This document shows positions 44,380 through 55,089 of a stretch of 64,000 nucleotides of DNA, piece by piece. The first letter of the stretch is position 1; each line of letters opens with the position of its first letter. Source of the stretch: an uncultured bacterium (lineage in GTDB: Bacteria; Krumholzibacteriota; Krumholzibacteriia; LZORAL124-64-63); the NCBI GenBank assembly GCA_963732385.1, contig CAVSZB010000008.1:160001-224000 (forward strand), in the 5' to 3' direction. Under the pieces are notes generated by a model. The model made no database searches. It was not told the DNA's origin and saw nothing but the letters and a program-made list of their open reading frames with translations. The position numbers and the translations under genes were made by a program.

Positions 44380-45492
44380 ATGTCTCGTTGGAGACCATTC
44401 CTATGGCTGGGGTTGTTTCTGGCGCTCACCACGCAGTCGCCGGGGTGCGGCCGAAAGGCTCCCGTCTTCGCGCCCCCGCCGACGCAGGAGTGGGGCTTCC
44501 TGGGCGTGACCTCCACGCCGTCGGGCGCGGCGATCGCGCTCGACGGGCTGGACACCGGACGGGTAACCCCGGACACCCTCGAGACAATCGTCATTGGGCC
44601 GCACGTGGTGCGGGTGCGGCTGGACGGCTACGTTGCCGAGCCGGAATCGCTGGTGGTCGAGGTGACGGCCCCGCTCATGGCGAGCGCCGCGTTCACGCTG
44701 TCCGAGCAGCAGCAGGCTCCGCTCAAGGTGGCCCTGCTGGAGGGGTTCTCGAACGTCGATTGCCTCGGCTGCCCGGAACTCGCCGCCACACTCGCGGCGG
44801 TCATGGCCGAGCCGGGACACGGCAGCGATCGCCTGCTGCTGATCAAGTACGCGACGAACTGGCCCAATTACCTCGACCCGCACTATCAGACCAACCCGCA
44901 GGACAATACCGCCCGCCTGACGTTCTACCAGAGCGACATCATGGGCATCCCCACGCTGTTCGCCGACGGCGCGCTGGTGGGCGTCTCGGGCCAGGCGACC
45001 GCGGCGGCGGAACTGTCGACGCTCGTGGACGAGCTGCTGGCGGCCGATCCCGGTTTCGCCATCGCCGTGACCGCCACCATCGCCGGGTCGGGTGTCGCGG
45101 CGGAGGCGGTGCTCACTGCCGTGCGTGCCGTCTCGCACCCGGGGGCCGTGCTGCATCTCGCGTTGTTGGAGAATCCCGTCGTCTACGCCGCTGCGCCCGG
45201 CAGCCAGGGGGAGACCGAGTTCCACTGGATCATGCGCGACTTCGTCACCCTTGCCGAATCGCCTCTGCCTCTGGCTGCGGATGAGCCGCGGGAGATGTCG
45301 GGCAACCTGGCCGTGCCGGCCGTCTGTCTCTCCGCGCACCTCGCCGTGATAGCGTTCGTCCAGGATTCCGCCACACGCGAGATTCTTCAGGCGGGCCTGG
45401 CGCCTGTCGTTTCGGCTGTTCCCTTATCGTCGTCGTCTCCGCAATCAGTCCTCGCCACATCCCGGATTTTCAACGGAAGAAGTGGGCCATGA
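44380..45492 (+). CDS. PEGA-domain plus Omp28-like thioredoxin-fold protein, probable lipoprotein
   Basis: Signal peptide ending SPGC. PEGA motif 'VTSTPSGAAIALDG...TP'. 'LLEGFSNVDCLGCP', 'GIPTLFADG' and 'IAFVQD...EILQA'. Confidence 0.75.
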   Translation: MSRWRPFLWLGLFLALTTQSPGCGRKAPVFAPPPTQEWGFLGVTSTPSGAAIALDGLDTGRVTPDTLETIVIGPHVVRVRLDGYVAEPESLVVEVTAPLMASAAFTLSEQQQAPLKVALLEGFSNVDCLGCPELAATLAAVMAEPGHGSDRLLLIKYATNWPNYLDPHYQTNPQDNTARLTFYQSDIMGIPTLFADGALVGVSGQATAAAELSTLVDELLAADPGFAIAVTATIAGSGVAAEAVLTAVRAVSHPGAVLHLALLENPVVYAAAPGSQGETEFHWIMRDFVTLAESPLPLAADEPREMSGNLAVPAVCLSAHLAVIAFVQDSATREILQAGLAPVVSAVPLSSSSPQSVLATSRIFNGRSGP

Positions 45493-47555
45493 TCAAATCG
45501 AGAACATCGATCATCCTGGGCCTCGTGGCCTGCTGCCTGACGGCCTCGACCGCGCTGGCCGTGCCACGGGTGATGCTCGTCGAGGGATTCACCAACGTCG
45601 GCTGCCCCTACTGCCCCGACGCCAACGCGGCCACGCACGAATTCCTCGCGGACTACGGTCCGTCCATGGCGATCGGCGTGTCGTACCACGTCTCGTGGCC
45701 GGACAGCGGCGATCCATTCTACACGCTGGCAAATGCGGATTCTTCCATCTACTTCCGCAGGGTGTACTACGGGGTCAACTCGGTCCCCTCGCTCTTCTCG
45801 GACGGCACTTCGACGGTGACCGGCAGCGTGGCGGCCCTGGAAGGGGCGGCGACCACGCGCCTGACCACCGAATCACCGATCACGGTCGCCGTGGAGCAGG
45901 TGATCGAGGGCGGGATGGTCACCGTCACCGCGACGGTCACCGCGGTCGATGCGGTCCCGCTCGGCGATCTGGCGCTGCGCATCGCCCTGACCGAAACCGA
46001 GATCCACTACGCCGTGGCGCCCGGCTCGAACGGCCAGACCGATTTCTACGACACGATGCGCGACATGCTGCCTGACGCGCGCGGCACGAAGTTCACGATC
46101 GGCCTGGGCGAGACCCGGGTCTTCGTCCAGAGCACGCCGGTCAACGTGGCCTGGAACCTGGCCAACATCCGCGCCGTGGTCTGGGTGCAGGACGACCTCA
46201 CGAGAGAGGTGCTGCAGGCGGGCAGCACGGCGCCCAGGCCGGACTACACCTTCTTCTACGGCCCCCGCAAGAGCATCGACGTGGTCAATATCGGCACGCT
46301 GTGCAGCTACGAGTCCATCCTTGCGAACTACGGCAATCTGTCCGATGCCTATGACGTCACCATCACGCCCGACCTGCCGGCCGGCTGGAGCGGCTCGGTC
46401 TGCATCGGCACGACCTGCTATCCGCCCTGGATCACCAGCTTCGTCACCAGCGCTGCTCCGGAAACCCAGAAAATCATCCAGGTGGACATCCAGCCGTTGC
46501 TGACGGCCGGCAGCGGCACGATGACGCTTACCGCCACCAGTCGCGGCGATCCCACGAAGACCTGGACCCGCGTGTTCAAGATGATTTCCGGCGGCGTGCC
46601 GATCCTGTGCATGGACAGCGACGGCGGCTACGATTACGAAACCTACTATAACGCGGCGCTCGATGCGGCCGGTCATCCCTACGCCACCTGGGATCGGCTG
46701 CTCAACGGCGCTCCCAGTGCCGCCCAGCTCGATCATTTCGCCATCGTGATCTGGAACGGGGGACTCGCGTATCCGCCCGTCACGACCACCGACAGGACCG
46801 CGCTCGCCACGTACCTTGACAACGGCGGCCGCCTGTTCATCAGCGGCCAGGACATCGGGTGGTCGCTGTGCGATCCCGCCAGCTCGGACTACAGCGCCGA
46901 GTCGATGGCGTGGTACAACGCCTACCTCGGCGCGGATTATCTCAGCGACGGCATCAACGACCTGTCCCTGAGCGGCGTGGCGGGAGATCCGATCACCGAC
47001 GGGCTGGTGTTCAACCTGAACGGCGGCACCAGCGCCGACAATCAGGACTGGCCGAGCGAGATCCAGCCGCGGACGGGCGCGGTCGGCTGCGTGGTCTACA
47101 GTCCCAACCGTGAGGCCGCAGTCCGCTACGCGCACGGACCGTTCCGCGTGGTGTACCTGGCGTACGGGTTCGAGGGAATGGACACGGAGTCGAGCCGGTT
47201 CACCCTCATGTCCCGCAGCCTCGACTGGCTCGGCATCCAGTTGGTCGGCGTGCCGGGCGAGACGCCGCCGGTGCTGGCCCTGGAGCCGACGGTCGCGCCC
47301 AATCCGTTCAACCCCGCCACTGAGATCGCCTTCACCGTGGGCAGCCCAGTGCCGGTACCGGTGAAGGTGGCGATCTACGACGTGCGCGGACGGCTCGTGC
47401 GCGAGATCTATGACGGCCCGGTCGCGCCGGGAAAATGCACGCTGGCCTGGGACGGCTGTACCGCAACGGGCGCCCAGGCGGCCAGCGGGGTCTACCTGGC
47501 TCGCGTGCGGGTGGCGGACGAGGAGCGCGTCCTCAAACTGGCCCTGACCAAGTGA
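45489..47555 (+). CDS. Secreted Omp28-like CxxC protein with FlgD/T9SS-like C-terminal domain
   Basis: Signal peptide and 'LVEGFTNVGCPYCP'. C-terminal 'PNPFNP...IYDVRGRLVR...WDG...SGVYL'. Confidence 0.8.
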   Translation: MIKSRTSIILGLVACCLTASTALAVPRVMLVEGFTNVGCPYCPDANAATHEFLADYGPSMAIGVSYHVSWPDSGDPFYTLANADSSIYFRRVYYGVNSVPSLFSDGTSTVTGSVAALEGAATTRLTTESPITVAVEQVIEGGMVTVTATVTAVDAVPLGDLALRIALTETEIHYAVAPGSNGQTDFYDTMRDMLPDARGTKFTIGLGETRVFVQSTPVNVAWNLANIRAVVWVQDDLTREVLQAGSTAPRPDYTFFYGPRKSIDVVNIGTLCSYESILANYGNLSDAYDVTITPDLPAGWSGSVCIGTTCYPPWITSFVTSAAPETQKIIQVDIQPLLTAGSGTMTLTATSRGDPTKTWTRVFKMISGGVPILCMDSDGGYDYETYYNAALDAAGHPYATWDRLLNGAPSAAQLDHFAIVIWNGGLAYPPVTTTDRTALATYLDNGGRLFISGQDIGWSLCDPASSDYSAESMAWYNAYLGADYLSDGINDLSLSGVAGDPITDGLVFNLNGGTSADNQDWPSEIQPRTGAVGCVVYSPNREAAVRYAHGPFRVVYLAYGFEGMDTESSRFTLMSRSLDWLGIQLVGVPGETPPVLALEPTVAPNPFNPATEIAFTVGSPVPVPVKVAIYDVRGRLVREIYDGPVAPGKCTLAWDGCTATGAQAASGVYLARVRVADEERVLKLALTK

Positions 47556-47578
47556 CGCGTCACAGGGAGGTGCCGATC

Positions 47579-48163
47579 TTGTTCTGGCAAGTGCCGGGGC
47601 CGCGCTGCGCGCGGCGGGTCGCAGCGGCGACCGCGGTCCTGGTCCTGGCGACACTCATGTCGTGGGGGCCGACGGCTCCGTCGGTCGTCGTCGCGGGCCC
47701 GTCGGCCGGGCCAGCCGTCCCCGACTGGACGCTGCGCACGGCGGACGGCCGGGAGATCAGTCTGCACGGGGCCCTCGCGCAGGGCCCCGTGCTCCTCTCC
47801 TTCTGGGCCCTCTGGTGCAATCCCTGCCTGCACGAGTTGCCCCATCTCGACGCGCTCGCGCGCGACACCGCGGGTCGTCTGACGGTCCTGGCCGTCAACC
47901 AGGACGGTCCCCGGAGCGTGGCGCGTGTCCGCCCCTATCTGCAGTCGAAGAAGTTTGGCCTCACGGTGCCCCTCGACACTTCGGGCGATGTGGCGCGCAG
48001 GATGCAGGTGGGCGGCATCCTGCCGTTCGTGGTCCTGTACGATGCCGATGGCAGGGAATTGTACCGCCACATCGGCTACCGCGATGGCGACGAGGCGACG
48101 CTCCGCGCCAGGGTGATGGCGCTGCTCGGCGTCACGGCCGTGGATTCCGCGGGGGTGAAATGA
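47579..48163 (+). CDS. TlpA/ResA-like thiol-disulfide oxidoreductase
   Basis: 'LLSFWALWCNPCLHELP'. N-terminal anchor. Start uncertain. Confidence 0.85.
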   Translation: MFWQVPGPRCARRVAAATAVLVLATLMSWGPTAPSVVVAGPSAGPAVPDWTLRTADGREISLHGALAQGPVLLSFWALWCNPCLHELPHLDALARDTAGRLTVLAVNQDGPRSVARVRPYLQSKKFGLTVPLDTSGDVARRMQVGGILPFVVLYDADGRELYRHIGYRDGDEATLRARVMALLGVTAVDSAGVK

Positions 48164-49629
48164 GGCACGCGGGGCTGCAGCTGGGCGGCGTCATGGTGGC
48201 TGTCATGATCGCGGGCGCGACCGTGCGCGCGGAGACGATCGGCGACGGCCAGGTCTCGGCCGTCGATGCGTTCGAGTACTCCTACAGCACGGAGACCGGC
48301 CGGGAGATCGTCGAGAACTGGCTCGACGCAAGCTGGCTTTTGGGCGGTTTGCGCGCGGGCATCCTGCTCAACCATCAGGCGCCGTCCGAAGAGGGTTTCC
48401 GGGCCAACAGCGTGCGGCACCGCTTCGTGGAGTTCTCCACCCAGGGACTCGACGTGCGGGCCGGTCATTTCTACGGGATGTTCGGTCGCGGCCTGCTGTT
48501 CGCCGCCTACGAGGACCGACGGATCCGCGTGGACACCGCCCTCGACGGCCTGCTGGCGTCGGGTCGGCGCGGCCGCCTGCGCGGCACCGCCTTCACGGGC
48601 GCGCCGAGCGACCTGTCCGTGGACGTGCGCGGTCTCGACAGCGAGGTCGATCTCGGCCATGGCTGGGGGCTGGGCCTCTCGGGCCTGACCTGGCGCGCCG
48701 ACGACCGGGTCGCGGCCGACGGGGACGTGCACCGCGAATGGGTGGCGGCGCCACGTCTGACCACGACGCTCCCGTGGGGAGGTCTCTATCTCGAATACGG
48801 GCGCAAGAAGGGGTGGGACAACGATTTCGTGCCCGACGACGCCTACCAGAACGGACATGCCTTCTACGGGGGGCTCGATCTGGCGGCGGGACCGCTGGGC
48901 CTTTCCTTCGAGGCGAAGGACTACCGTCGGTTCACCGTCCTGCGCAACGCGGACGGCCGCACGCCGCTCAACAACCCGCCGTCGCTCACGCGCGAGCACC
49001 TCTACACGCTGCTCAACCGTGCCCCCCACGCGGTGGACGCCGATGACGAGCGCGGCCAGCAGGCGGAACTGTCGTGGACCGGCCCGGCCGGCTGGGGCAG
49101 TCTGCTGAACCTCAGCCGCACCGAGCGTCATGACGGCAGGCTCCTGTTCGAGGAGGCGTACGCACAGATCGACCAGGATCGGCTCGGAGCCTTCCGGCTG
49201 CGCGGCGGCTTCGGTTATCGCGAAAGCGAGGGGCTGCGGCAGACCGTGGTGACCGAGGTCACGTGGTTCCTGGACGAGCGCGCCAGCCTCACCTTCGAGG
49301 GCGAGCACCAGCACGTCCGCATGGGCGGGGGCGCCGGCTTTGATCTGGGCGCCTTCGACGAGGATTTCCTGAAACTGGAACTGGGCGTGGCGCCCGCCTG
49401 GTCCGTCTGCGCGATGCTGGAGATGAACAACAAGTTCGTCGAGCAGCGCGCTTTCGGCGAAAAGGCCGGGCCGTTCCCGGCGGCGCAAATCGCGTACACC
49501 ACCGAACAGGGCGCCCGTCTTGCCCTGTGGGCCGGCAAACGCCAGGCGGGCTATCTCTGCGCCGGTGGCGTCTGTAAGTATGAGCCGGCGTTCGTTGGCG
49601 TGGAACTGAGCGGGACGGTACGCTACTAA
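48160..49629 (+). CDS. DUF6029-like outer-membrane beta-barrel protein
   Basis: Signal peptide, 'AGHFYGMFGRGL', 'NNPPSLTREH' and C-terminal 'GYLCAGGVCKYEPAF...RY'. Confidence 0.7.
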   Translation: MRHAGLQLGGVMVAVMIAGATVRAETIGDGQVSAVDAFEYSYSTETGREIVENWLDASWLLGGLRAGILLNHQAPSEEGFRANSVRHRFVEFSTQGLDVRAGHFYGMFGRGLLFAAYEDRRIRVDTALDGLLASGRRGRLRGTAFTGAPSDLSVDVRGLDSEVDLGHGWGLGLSGLTWRADDRVAADGDVHREWVAAPRLTTTLPWGGLYLEYGRKKGWDNDFVPDDAYQNGHAFYGGLDLAAGPLGLSFEAKDYRRFTVLRNADGRTPLNNPPSLTREHLYTLLNRAPHAVDADDERGQQAELSWTGPAGWGSLLNLSRTERHDGRLLFEEAYAQIDQDRLGAFRLRGGFGYRESEGLRQTVVTEVTWFLDERASLTFEGEHQHVRMGGGAGFDLGAFDEDFLKLELGVAPAWSVCAMLEMNNKFVEQRAFGEKAGPFPAAQIAYTTEQGARLALWAGKRQAGYLCAGGVCKYEPAFVGVELSGTVRY

Positions 49630-49647
49630 GACGGCCGGCGGCTGTAC

Positions 49648-50319
49648 CTACGGCGCACCGCTCGCCTTCAAGAGACCGCGCAGGAACGGCTCGATACCAT
49701 TCATCAGCAGTTGCACCGCGATCACGGTCACCATCAGGCCCATCAGTTTTTCCATGATGCGCAGGCCGGTGCGCCCGAGGCGGCGCATCACCACGTCGCC
49801 GCCGACCAGGAGCAGGCCGGTGAGGGCCAGGATGACCAGCACGCTGGCCAGCGTGACGATGCGTCCGGGCAGGCCGGGCGCCTCGGCCATCAGGACCATG
49901 ACCGTGGTGATCGAACCGGGCCCGGCCAGCAACGGGATGGCCAGCGGCGTGACGGAAGGATCTTCGGCCTCGTCCTCGTCGGGGTGGTCGTAGGAATGGG
50001 CGCTCTCGATGCCGGTGTGCCAGCGTCGCTGACGCGACTGCAGCATGTCGAGGCCGATCCCGAAGAAGATCACGCCGCCGGCGATGCGGAACGCGGAAAG
50101 GGTGATCCCGAACAGGCGCAGCAGAGTGTTGCCGAGGCCGGCGAACAGCAGCAGGATCGCCAGCGCCACCACCAGCGCGCGGGCCAGCACGCGCCGCCGT
50201 TTCCGGCGGGGCATGCGCGCCGTGAGCCCGCTGAAAAAGGGGATGCAGCCGAGCGGGTCGATCACCGCGAACAGTGACGACAGCGCAAAGACCGCGAAGG
50301 CCCACAGTTCCATCGCCAT
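49648..50319 (-). CDS. MarC-family membrane protein
   Basis: 'VIDPLG', 'FRIAGG' and '[13 protein letters not shown]'. Confidence 0.9.
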   Translation of the reverse strand: MAMELWAFAVFALSSLFAVIDPLGCIPFFSGLTARMPRRKRRRVLARALVVALAILLLFAGLGNTLLRLFGITLSAFRIAGGVIFFGIGLDMLQSRQRRWHTGIESAHSYDHPDEDEAEDPSVTPLAIPLLAGPGSITTVMVLMAEAPGLPGRIVTLASVLVILALTGLLLVGGDVVMRRLGRTGLRIMEKLMGLMVTVIAVQLLMNGIEPFLRGLLKASGAP

Positions 50320-50497
50320 GAATCACCTCTGCCGGCGGGTAGCGCCCCGCGTGCCGTCCATGGTGGGCGCCGGCCGGCACCCAGGCAAGCCGGTTTTTCT
50401 TCACTTGGGCCGCAACAAGGTGCATCTTCGAAGGTGCGGGGGTCGCCGGCGCGCTCCCGTGGCATTTGCAGCGGCCGAGGCCGCAGGGAGGTTCGGG

Positions 50498-52747
50498 ATG
50501 GCTGTCCGCGATCAGGATGCGCTCGACTATCATAGCCAGGGACGACCGGGCAAGACCGAGGTCGTGCCGACCAAGCCGTGCTTGACGGCCCGGGATCTTT
50601 CCCTCGCCTATACCCCCGGCGTGGCGATTCCCTGCCTTGAGATCGAAAAGAACCCCGCCGACGCCTATCGCTACACGAACAAGGGCAATCTGGTCGCGGT
50701 GATCTCGAACGGGACCGCCGTGCTCGGTCTGGGTGACATCGGAGCCATGGCCGGCAAACCGGTCATGGAGGGCAAGGGGGTCCTCTTCAAGCGCTTCGCG
50801 CACGTGGATGTGTTCGACATCGAAATCGACACGCATGACCCGCAGGAGGTCATCAAGTTCTGCCAGCTGATCGAGCCCACGCTCGGCGGCATCAACCTGG
50901 AGGACATCAAGGCTCCGGAGTGCTTCCTCATCGAGGAGACACTCAAGAAGACCATGAATATCCCGGTCTTCCACGATGACCAGCACGGCACGGCGATCAT
51001 TTCCGGCGCGGCTCTGATCAATGCCTGCAAGATCACCGGGCGCGACATCAAGTCGGTCAAGGTGGTCGTGAGCGGGGCCGGTGCGGCGGCGATCGCCTGC
51101 GCGAAGTTCTACGAGCGGCTCGGCGTCCCGCGCGCGAACTTCCTGCTCGTCGATACCAAGGGGGTCGTATTCAAGGGGCGCCAGGAGGGGATGAACCCCT
51201 ACAAGGAGTACTTCGCTCAGGACACGAAACGGCGCACGCTCGCCGAGGCGCTCAAGGACGCCGATGTCTTTCTCGGTCTTTCGGCCAAGGGGGTCATGTC
51301 GCAGGACATGGTGCGTTCGATGGCCAAGGATCCCATCATTTTCGCCATGGCCAATCCCGATCCCGAAATTACCTACGACGATGCCAAGGCTGCGCGCGCC
51401 GATGTCATCATGGCGACCGGACGCTCGGATTTTCCGAACCAGGTCAATAACGTGCTCGGTTTTCCCTTCATCTTCCGCGGGGCGCTCGACGTGCGCGCCA
51501 CGGCGATCAACGAAGAGATGAAAATGGCGGCTGCCCACGCCCTGGCCGAACTGGCGCGGCAGCCGGTGCCGGATCATGTCTGCGCGGCCTACGGCGGCCA
51601 GCGCTTCGAATTCGGGCGGGAGTACATCATCCCGAAGCCGTTCGATCCGCGCGTGCTGGTGTGGGAAACGCTCGCGGTGGCGAAGGCCGCCTGCGAGACC
51701 GGCGTGGCGCAGCAGCCGATCACCGACTGGGACGCCTACCGCGACCGGCTCGAGGGAATGATCAGCAAGAGCGTGCAGGTCATGCGGACCATCCGCATGA
51801 AGGCGCAGCGCGAGCGCCGGCGGGTGGTTTTCACCGAGGGCGACAACCTGCGGGTGGTCGAAGCGTGCCGTGGCATCCTGGACGAGAAACTGGCGCAGCC
51901 GATCCTGCTCGGCAAGGAGGCGCCGATCCGGGCGATGGCCGAGCAGCTCGGTATCGATCCCGCGGCGCTGACGATCGTCGATCCGGAAAATTCCCCGCAC
52001 AACGAGGTGTACGCGAAGGCGCTGTTCGAGTGGGCGGCGCGCAAGGGATACACGCTTCAGAAGGCGGCCGCCATGGTCACGCGGCCGCATCACCACGGCA
52101 TCATGATGCTGCGCTTCGGGCATGCCGACGGCATGGTGGCCGGAGGCGACCGTCCGTACGTGGACACCATCCGGCGTCTGCTGCCCCTGGTGGAGACGAA
52201 GCCGGGAGTGTCGCGGGCGGCCGGGATGCACGTCATGCTGGTCGAGGGCAAGGTGTTCATCTTCGCCGACACGACCATAAACGTGGAACCGGACGCGAAG
52301 CAGCTCGTCGAGATCTCGCTGCTGGCGGCCGAGGTTGCGCGCTACTTCAATCTGGAGCCGCGCGTGGCCCTGCTGTCGTTCTCGAACTTCGGCGACAACA
52401 AACACCCCAAGACCCGCCAGGTGCGCGAAGCGGTGGCGATCCTGCACCGCGATCATCCGGAGCTGATCGCCGATGGCGAGATGCACGGTGACGTGGCGGT
52501 GCTGCCGGAGTTCAGCGCCCTGAGCTTCCCGCACAGCCGGGTGCAGGGGCAGGCGAACGTGCTTATCTTTCCCGATCTGATGAGCGGAAATATCGCCTAC
52601 AAGCTGGTCGGCAACATCGGACGGCGCGAAGTCATCGGTCCGCTGCTGATCGGCCTGAAATACCCCATCAACGTGATTTCCTACAACTCCGACTTGCGCG
52701 AGATCGTCAACATGGCGGCGCTTTCGGCTTTCCAGGCCGGAAACTAA
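50498..52747 (+). CDS. maeB: NADP-dependent malic enzyme with PTA-like domain
   Basis: '[10 protein letters not shown]', 'GKPVMEGK', 'FHDDQHGT' and '[13 protein letters not shown]'; C-terminal PTA-like domain. Confidence 0.95.
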   Translation: MAVRDQDALDYHSQGRPGKTEVVPTKPCLTARDLSLAYTPGVAIPCLEIEKNPADAYRYTNKGNLVAVISNGTAVLGLGDIGAMAGKPVMEGKGVLFKRFAHVDVFDIEIDTHDPQEVIKFCQLIEPTLGGINLEDIKAPECFLIEETLKKTMNIPVFHDDQHGTAIISGAALINACKITGRDIKSVKVVVSGAGAAAIACAKFYERLGVPRANFLLVDTKGVVFKGRQEGMNPYKEYFAQDTKRRTLAEALKDADVFLGLSAKGVMSQDMVRSMAKDPIIFAMANPDPEITYDDAKAARADVIMATGRSDFPNQVNNVLGFPFIFRGALDVRATAINEEMKMAAAHALAELARQPVPDHVCAAYGGQRFEFGREYIIPKPFDPRVLVWETLAVAKAACETGVAQQPITDWDAYRDRLEGMISKSVQVMRTIRMKAQRERRRVVFTEGDNLRVVEACRGILDEKLAQPILLGKEAPIRAMAEQLGIDPAALTIVDPENSPHNEVYAKALFEWAARKGYTLQKAAAMVTRPHHHGIMMLRFGHADGMVAGGDRPYVDTIRRLLPLVETKPGVSRAAGMHVMLVEGKVFIFADTTINVEPDAKQLVEISLLAAEVARYFNLEPRVALLSFSNFGDNKHPKTRQVREAVAILHRDHPELIADGEMHGDVAVLPEFSALSFPHSRVQGQANVLIFPDLMSGNIAYKLVGNIGRREVIGPLLIGLKYPINVISYNSDLREIVNMAALSAFQAGN

Positions 52748-52876
52748 TCCGCGTCGCTCGCGTATTGGGCAGCTTGTCGCCGGGGGGCGGCGACGGGGCA
52801 GGCTGAAGGGATGGGGGCCGGCGTCAGCCGGCCCCCGTGCCAATTTCGTACCCTACCCAAACAGGGGGCCGCGCGC

Positions 52877-53842
52877 ATGACGGACAAGCCGCACGCCGGG
52901 ACCGGTGTTCCGGTCCTCGAGGTGAAAGGCCTGCGCAAGGTCTTTGGCGATCTGGTCGCCGTGGACGGAATCTCCTTCGCGGTCGGCGAGGGGGAGATCT
53001 TCGGCTTCCTCGGTCCGAACGGGGCCGGCAAGACCACCGCCATCTCCATGATCTGCGGACTGCTCACCCCCACCGACGGCGAGATCCTTGTCGACGGCCG
53101 TCCGGCGCGCGAAAACCCTCGCGAGGTAAAACGCCGGCTCGGCGTGGTCCCGCAGGAGATCGCCCTGTACGAGGAGCTCTCGGCCCGCGAGAATCTCGAA
53201 TTCTGGGGCGGCATCTACGGCCTGCGCGGCGCCGACCTGCGGGCGCGGATCGCCAGGGTGCTCGACCAGGTCGGGCTGGGCGAGCGGGCGCGCGAGCCGA
53301 TCAAGAACTTTTCCGGCGGCATGAAGCGGCGATTGAACCTGGCGATGGGCCTGATCCACGATCCGCGGCTGATCCTGCTCGACGAGCCGACCGTGGGCAT
53401 CGATCCCCAGGCGCGGCACAACATCCTCGAGGTTGTGCGCGACGTGGTGCGCGCCGGGCGGACGGTCCTCTACACGACGCATTACCTGGAGGAGGCCGAG
53501 TCGCTCTGCGACCGGCTGGCGATCATCGATCACGGACGCATCCTCGCGCAGGGCACGGTGGCGGAACTCAAGGCGCAACTCGGCGAGGGGAGTCTGCTGA
53601 CGCTTCAGGGCGGCTTTACCGCGGCCCGGTTGGGCGATGTCGTGGCGCAGATCGACGGCCTCGCCCCGCTCGAAGTGGCCGACGGCCGGGCGCTGTTGCT
53701 CGTGGCGCGCGCCAGCGCCGGGGTCGGCCACGCGCTGGAGTCGCTCTACCGTGCGGATCTGCACATCGAGGGAGTCACGATCAAGGAACCCAGCCTCGAG
53801 GACCTGTTCCTCAAGCTCACGGGCCGGGAACTGAGGGATTGA
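52877..53842 (+). CDS. ABC-2 exporter ATP-binding subunit
   Basis: 'GPNGAGKT', 'FSGGMKRR' and 'LLDEPTVGID'. Confidence 0.93.
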   Translation: MTDKPHAGTGVPVLEVKGLRKVFGDLVAVDGISFAVGEGEIFGFLGPNGAGKTTAISMICGLLTPTDGEILVDGRPARENPREVKRRLGVVPQEIALYEELSARENLEFWGGIYGLRGADLRARIARVLDQVGLGERAREPIKNFSGGMKRRLNLAMGLIHDPRLILLDEPTVGIDPQARHNILEVVRDVVRAGRTVLYTTHYLEEAESLCDRLAIIDHGRILAQGTVAELKAQLGEGSLLTLQGGFTAARLGDVVAQIDGLAPLEVADGRALLLVARASAGVGHALESLYRADLHIEGVTIKEPSLEDLFLKLTGRELRD

Positions 53843-55089
53843 TGCTCGGCTTCATCCGCAAGGACCTTATCCGCCGCTGGCGCAGCCCGGCCGCCACCCT
53901 GGCGATGATCGCTTTTCCGCTCTTCATGAGCGGGATGATCGGCATGGTGAGCGGGGGCGGCGGGAGCGATGAAGAACAGTTCCCCCCCATCAAGGTCCTT
54001 CTGGAAGATCGCGATGGCGGTCTGCTCACCGAGTTCCTCAAGGGCGCCATGGGTCGCGAAGAGGTCAGGAAGCGCCTGGAGGTTACGTTGGTCGGGGTGG
54101 AGGGGCGCGCCCGCATGGAAAAGGGCGAGGCCTCGGCCCTGGTGATCTTCCCCGAGCGGTTCACCGACGATCTGCTGGCGGGGCGTCCGGCGCAGATCGA
54201 AGTCGTGCGCAACCCCGCCGAGGGGATCTCGCCGGAAATCGTGGATCAGGGCGTGCAGGCGCTGGCCGCCTATCTCGACCAGCTGCAGCGGCTGCTCGGG
54301 TCCGAACTCGACAGCCTGCGCACCCTGCTCGACGCCGACCAGTTTCCCGCCTCGACCACCGTCGGCGCCCTGGCCATGGCCGTCAATGACCGGTTGCGCG
54401 CTCTCGACCGCTACCTCTTTCCGCCGTTGATCAAGGTCGAAAGCGTGAAGCAGGCGAAGGCTCCGGTGGAGGATCGCTTCAACGTCTACGGCTATATCCT
54501 GATCATGACGACGGTGATGGCGCTGCTGTTCGTGGCGGCGCGCTCGGTGGGCGACCTGTTCGAGGAGCGCAAGAGCGGCATGCTGCGCCGCCAGCTGGCG
54601 TCGCCGGCCGATCTGCGGCTGATCGTGGGCGCGAAGATCGTTTTCGGCATGGTCTTCGGGCTGCTGCTGCTGGGCCTGCTGGCGGCGATCGGTCTCGCGC
54701 TGCGCTGGCTCAAGCCGCCCATCGATATCTTCGCTTCGCTGTCGCTTGGCGGGACCTTCAGTCTGGCGGCGTGCGGCGTGCTGTCTCTGGTCTTTGCGCT
54801 GGTGCGTACGGAGAAGCAGGCCGGCATCCTGGGCTGGCTCGTGATCATGGGGATGAGCGCGCTCGGCGGCAGCATGATCAACATTGAAAACATGCCGCCC
54901 GCCATGCGCAGCCTGTCGCCCTTCACGCTCAACTACTGGGTCATCGACGGTTTCAAGCAGGTGGTGTTCGGCGGCGCGCATCTGGGGGACGTGACGAAGC
55001 ACGTGGCGATCCTGGCCGGAGCCGGCGTGGCGACCGCCCTGGCCGGCTACGGGCTGCTGCTGCGGCGGTCGCGGGAGGTGAAGGCATGA
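53842..55089 (+). CDS. ABC-2 exporter permease
   Basis: One TM, large loop, then a multi-TM C-terminal part; 'EERKSGMLRR'. Confidence 0.85.
   Translation: MLGFIRKDLIRRWRSPAATLAMIAFPLFMSGMIGMVSGGGGSDEEQFPPIKVLLEDRDGGLLTEFLKGAMGREEVRKRLEVTLVGVEGRARMEKGEASALVIFPERFTDDLLAGRPAQIEVVRNPAEGISPEIVDQGVQALAAYLDQLQRLLGSELDSLRTLLDADQFPASTTVGALAMAVNDRLRALDRYLFPPLIKVESVKQAKAPVEDRFNVYGYILIMTTVMALLFVAARSVGDLFEERKSGMLRRQLASPADLRLIVGAKIVFGMVFGLLLLGLLAAIGLALRWLKPPIDIFASLSLGGTFSLAACGVLSLVFALVRTEKQAGILGWLVIMGMSALGGSMINIENMPPAMRSLSPFTLNYWVIDGFKQVVFGGAHLGDVTKHVAILAGAGVATALAGYGLLLRRSREVKA

Noticed and set aside
52811..52838. Hairpin GGGGGCCGGC-GTCA-GCCGGCCCCC as a REP or mobile repeat
   Set aside because: I saw only one copy in the window. 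It is more likely an ordinary terminator or stability hairpin after maeB.
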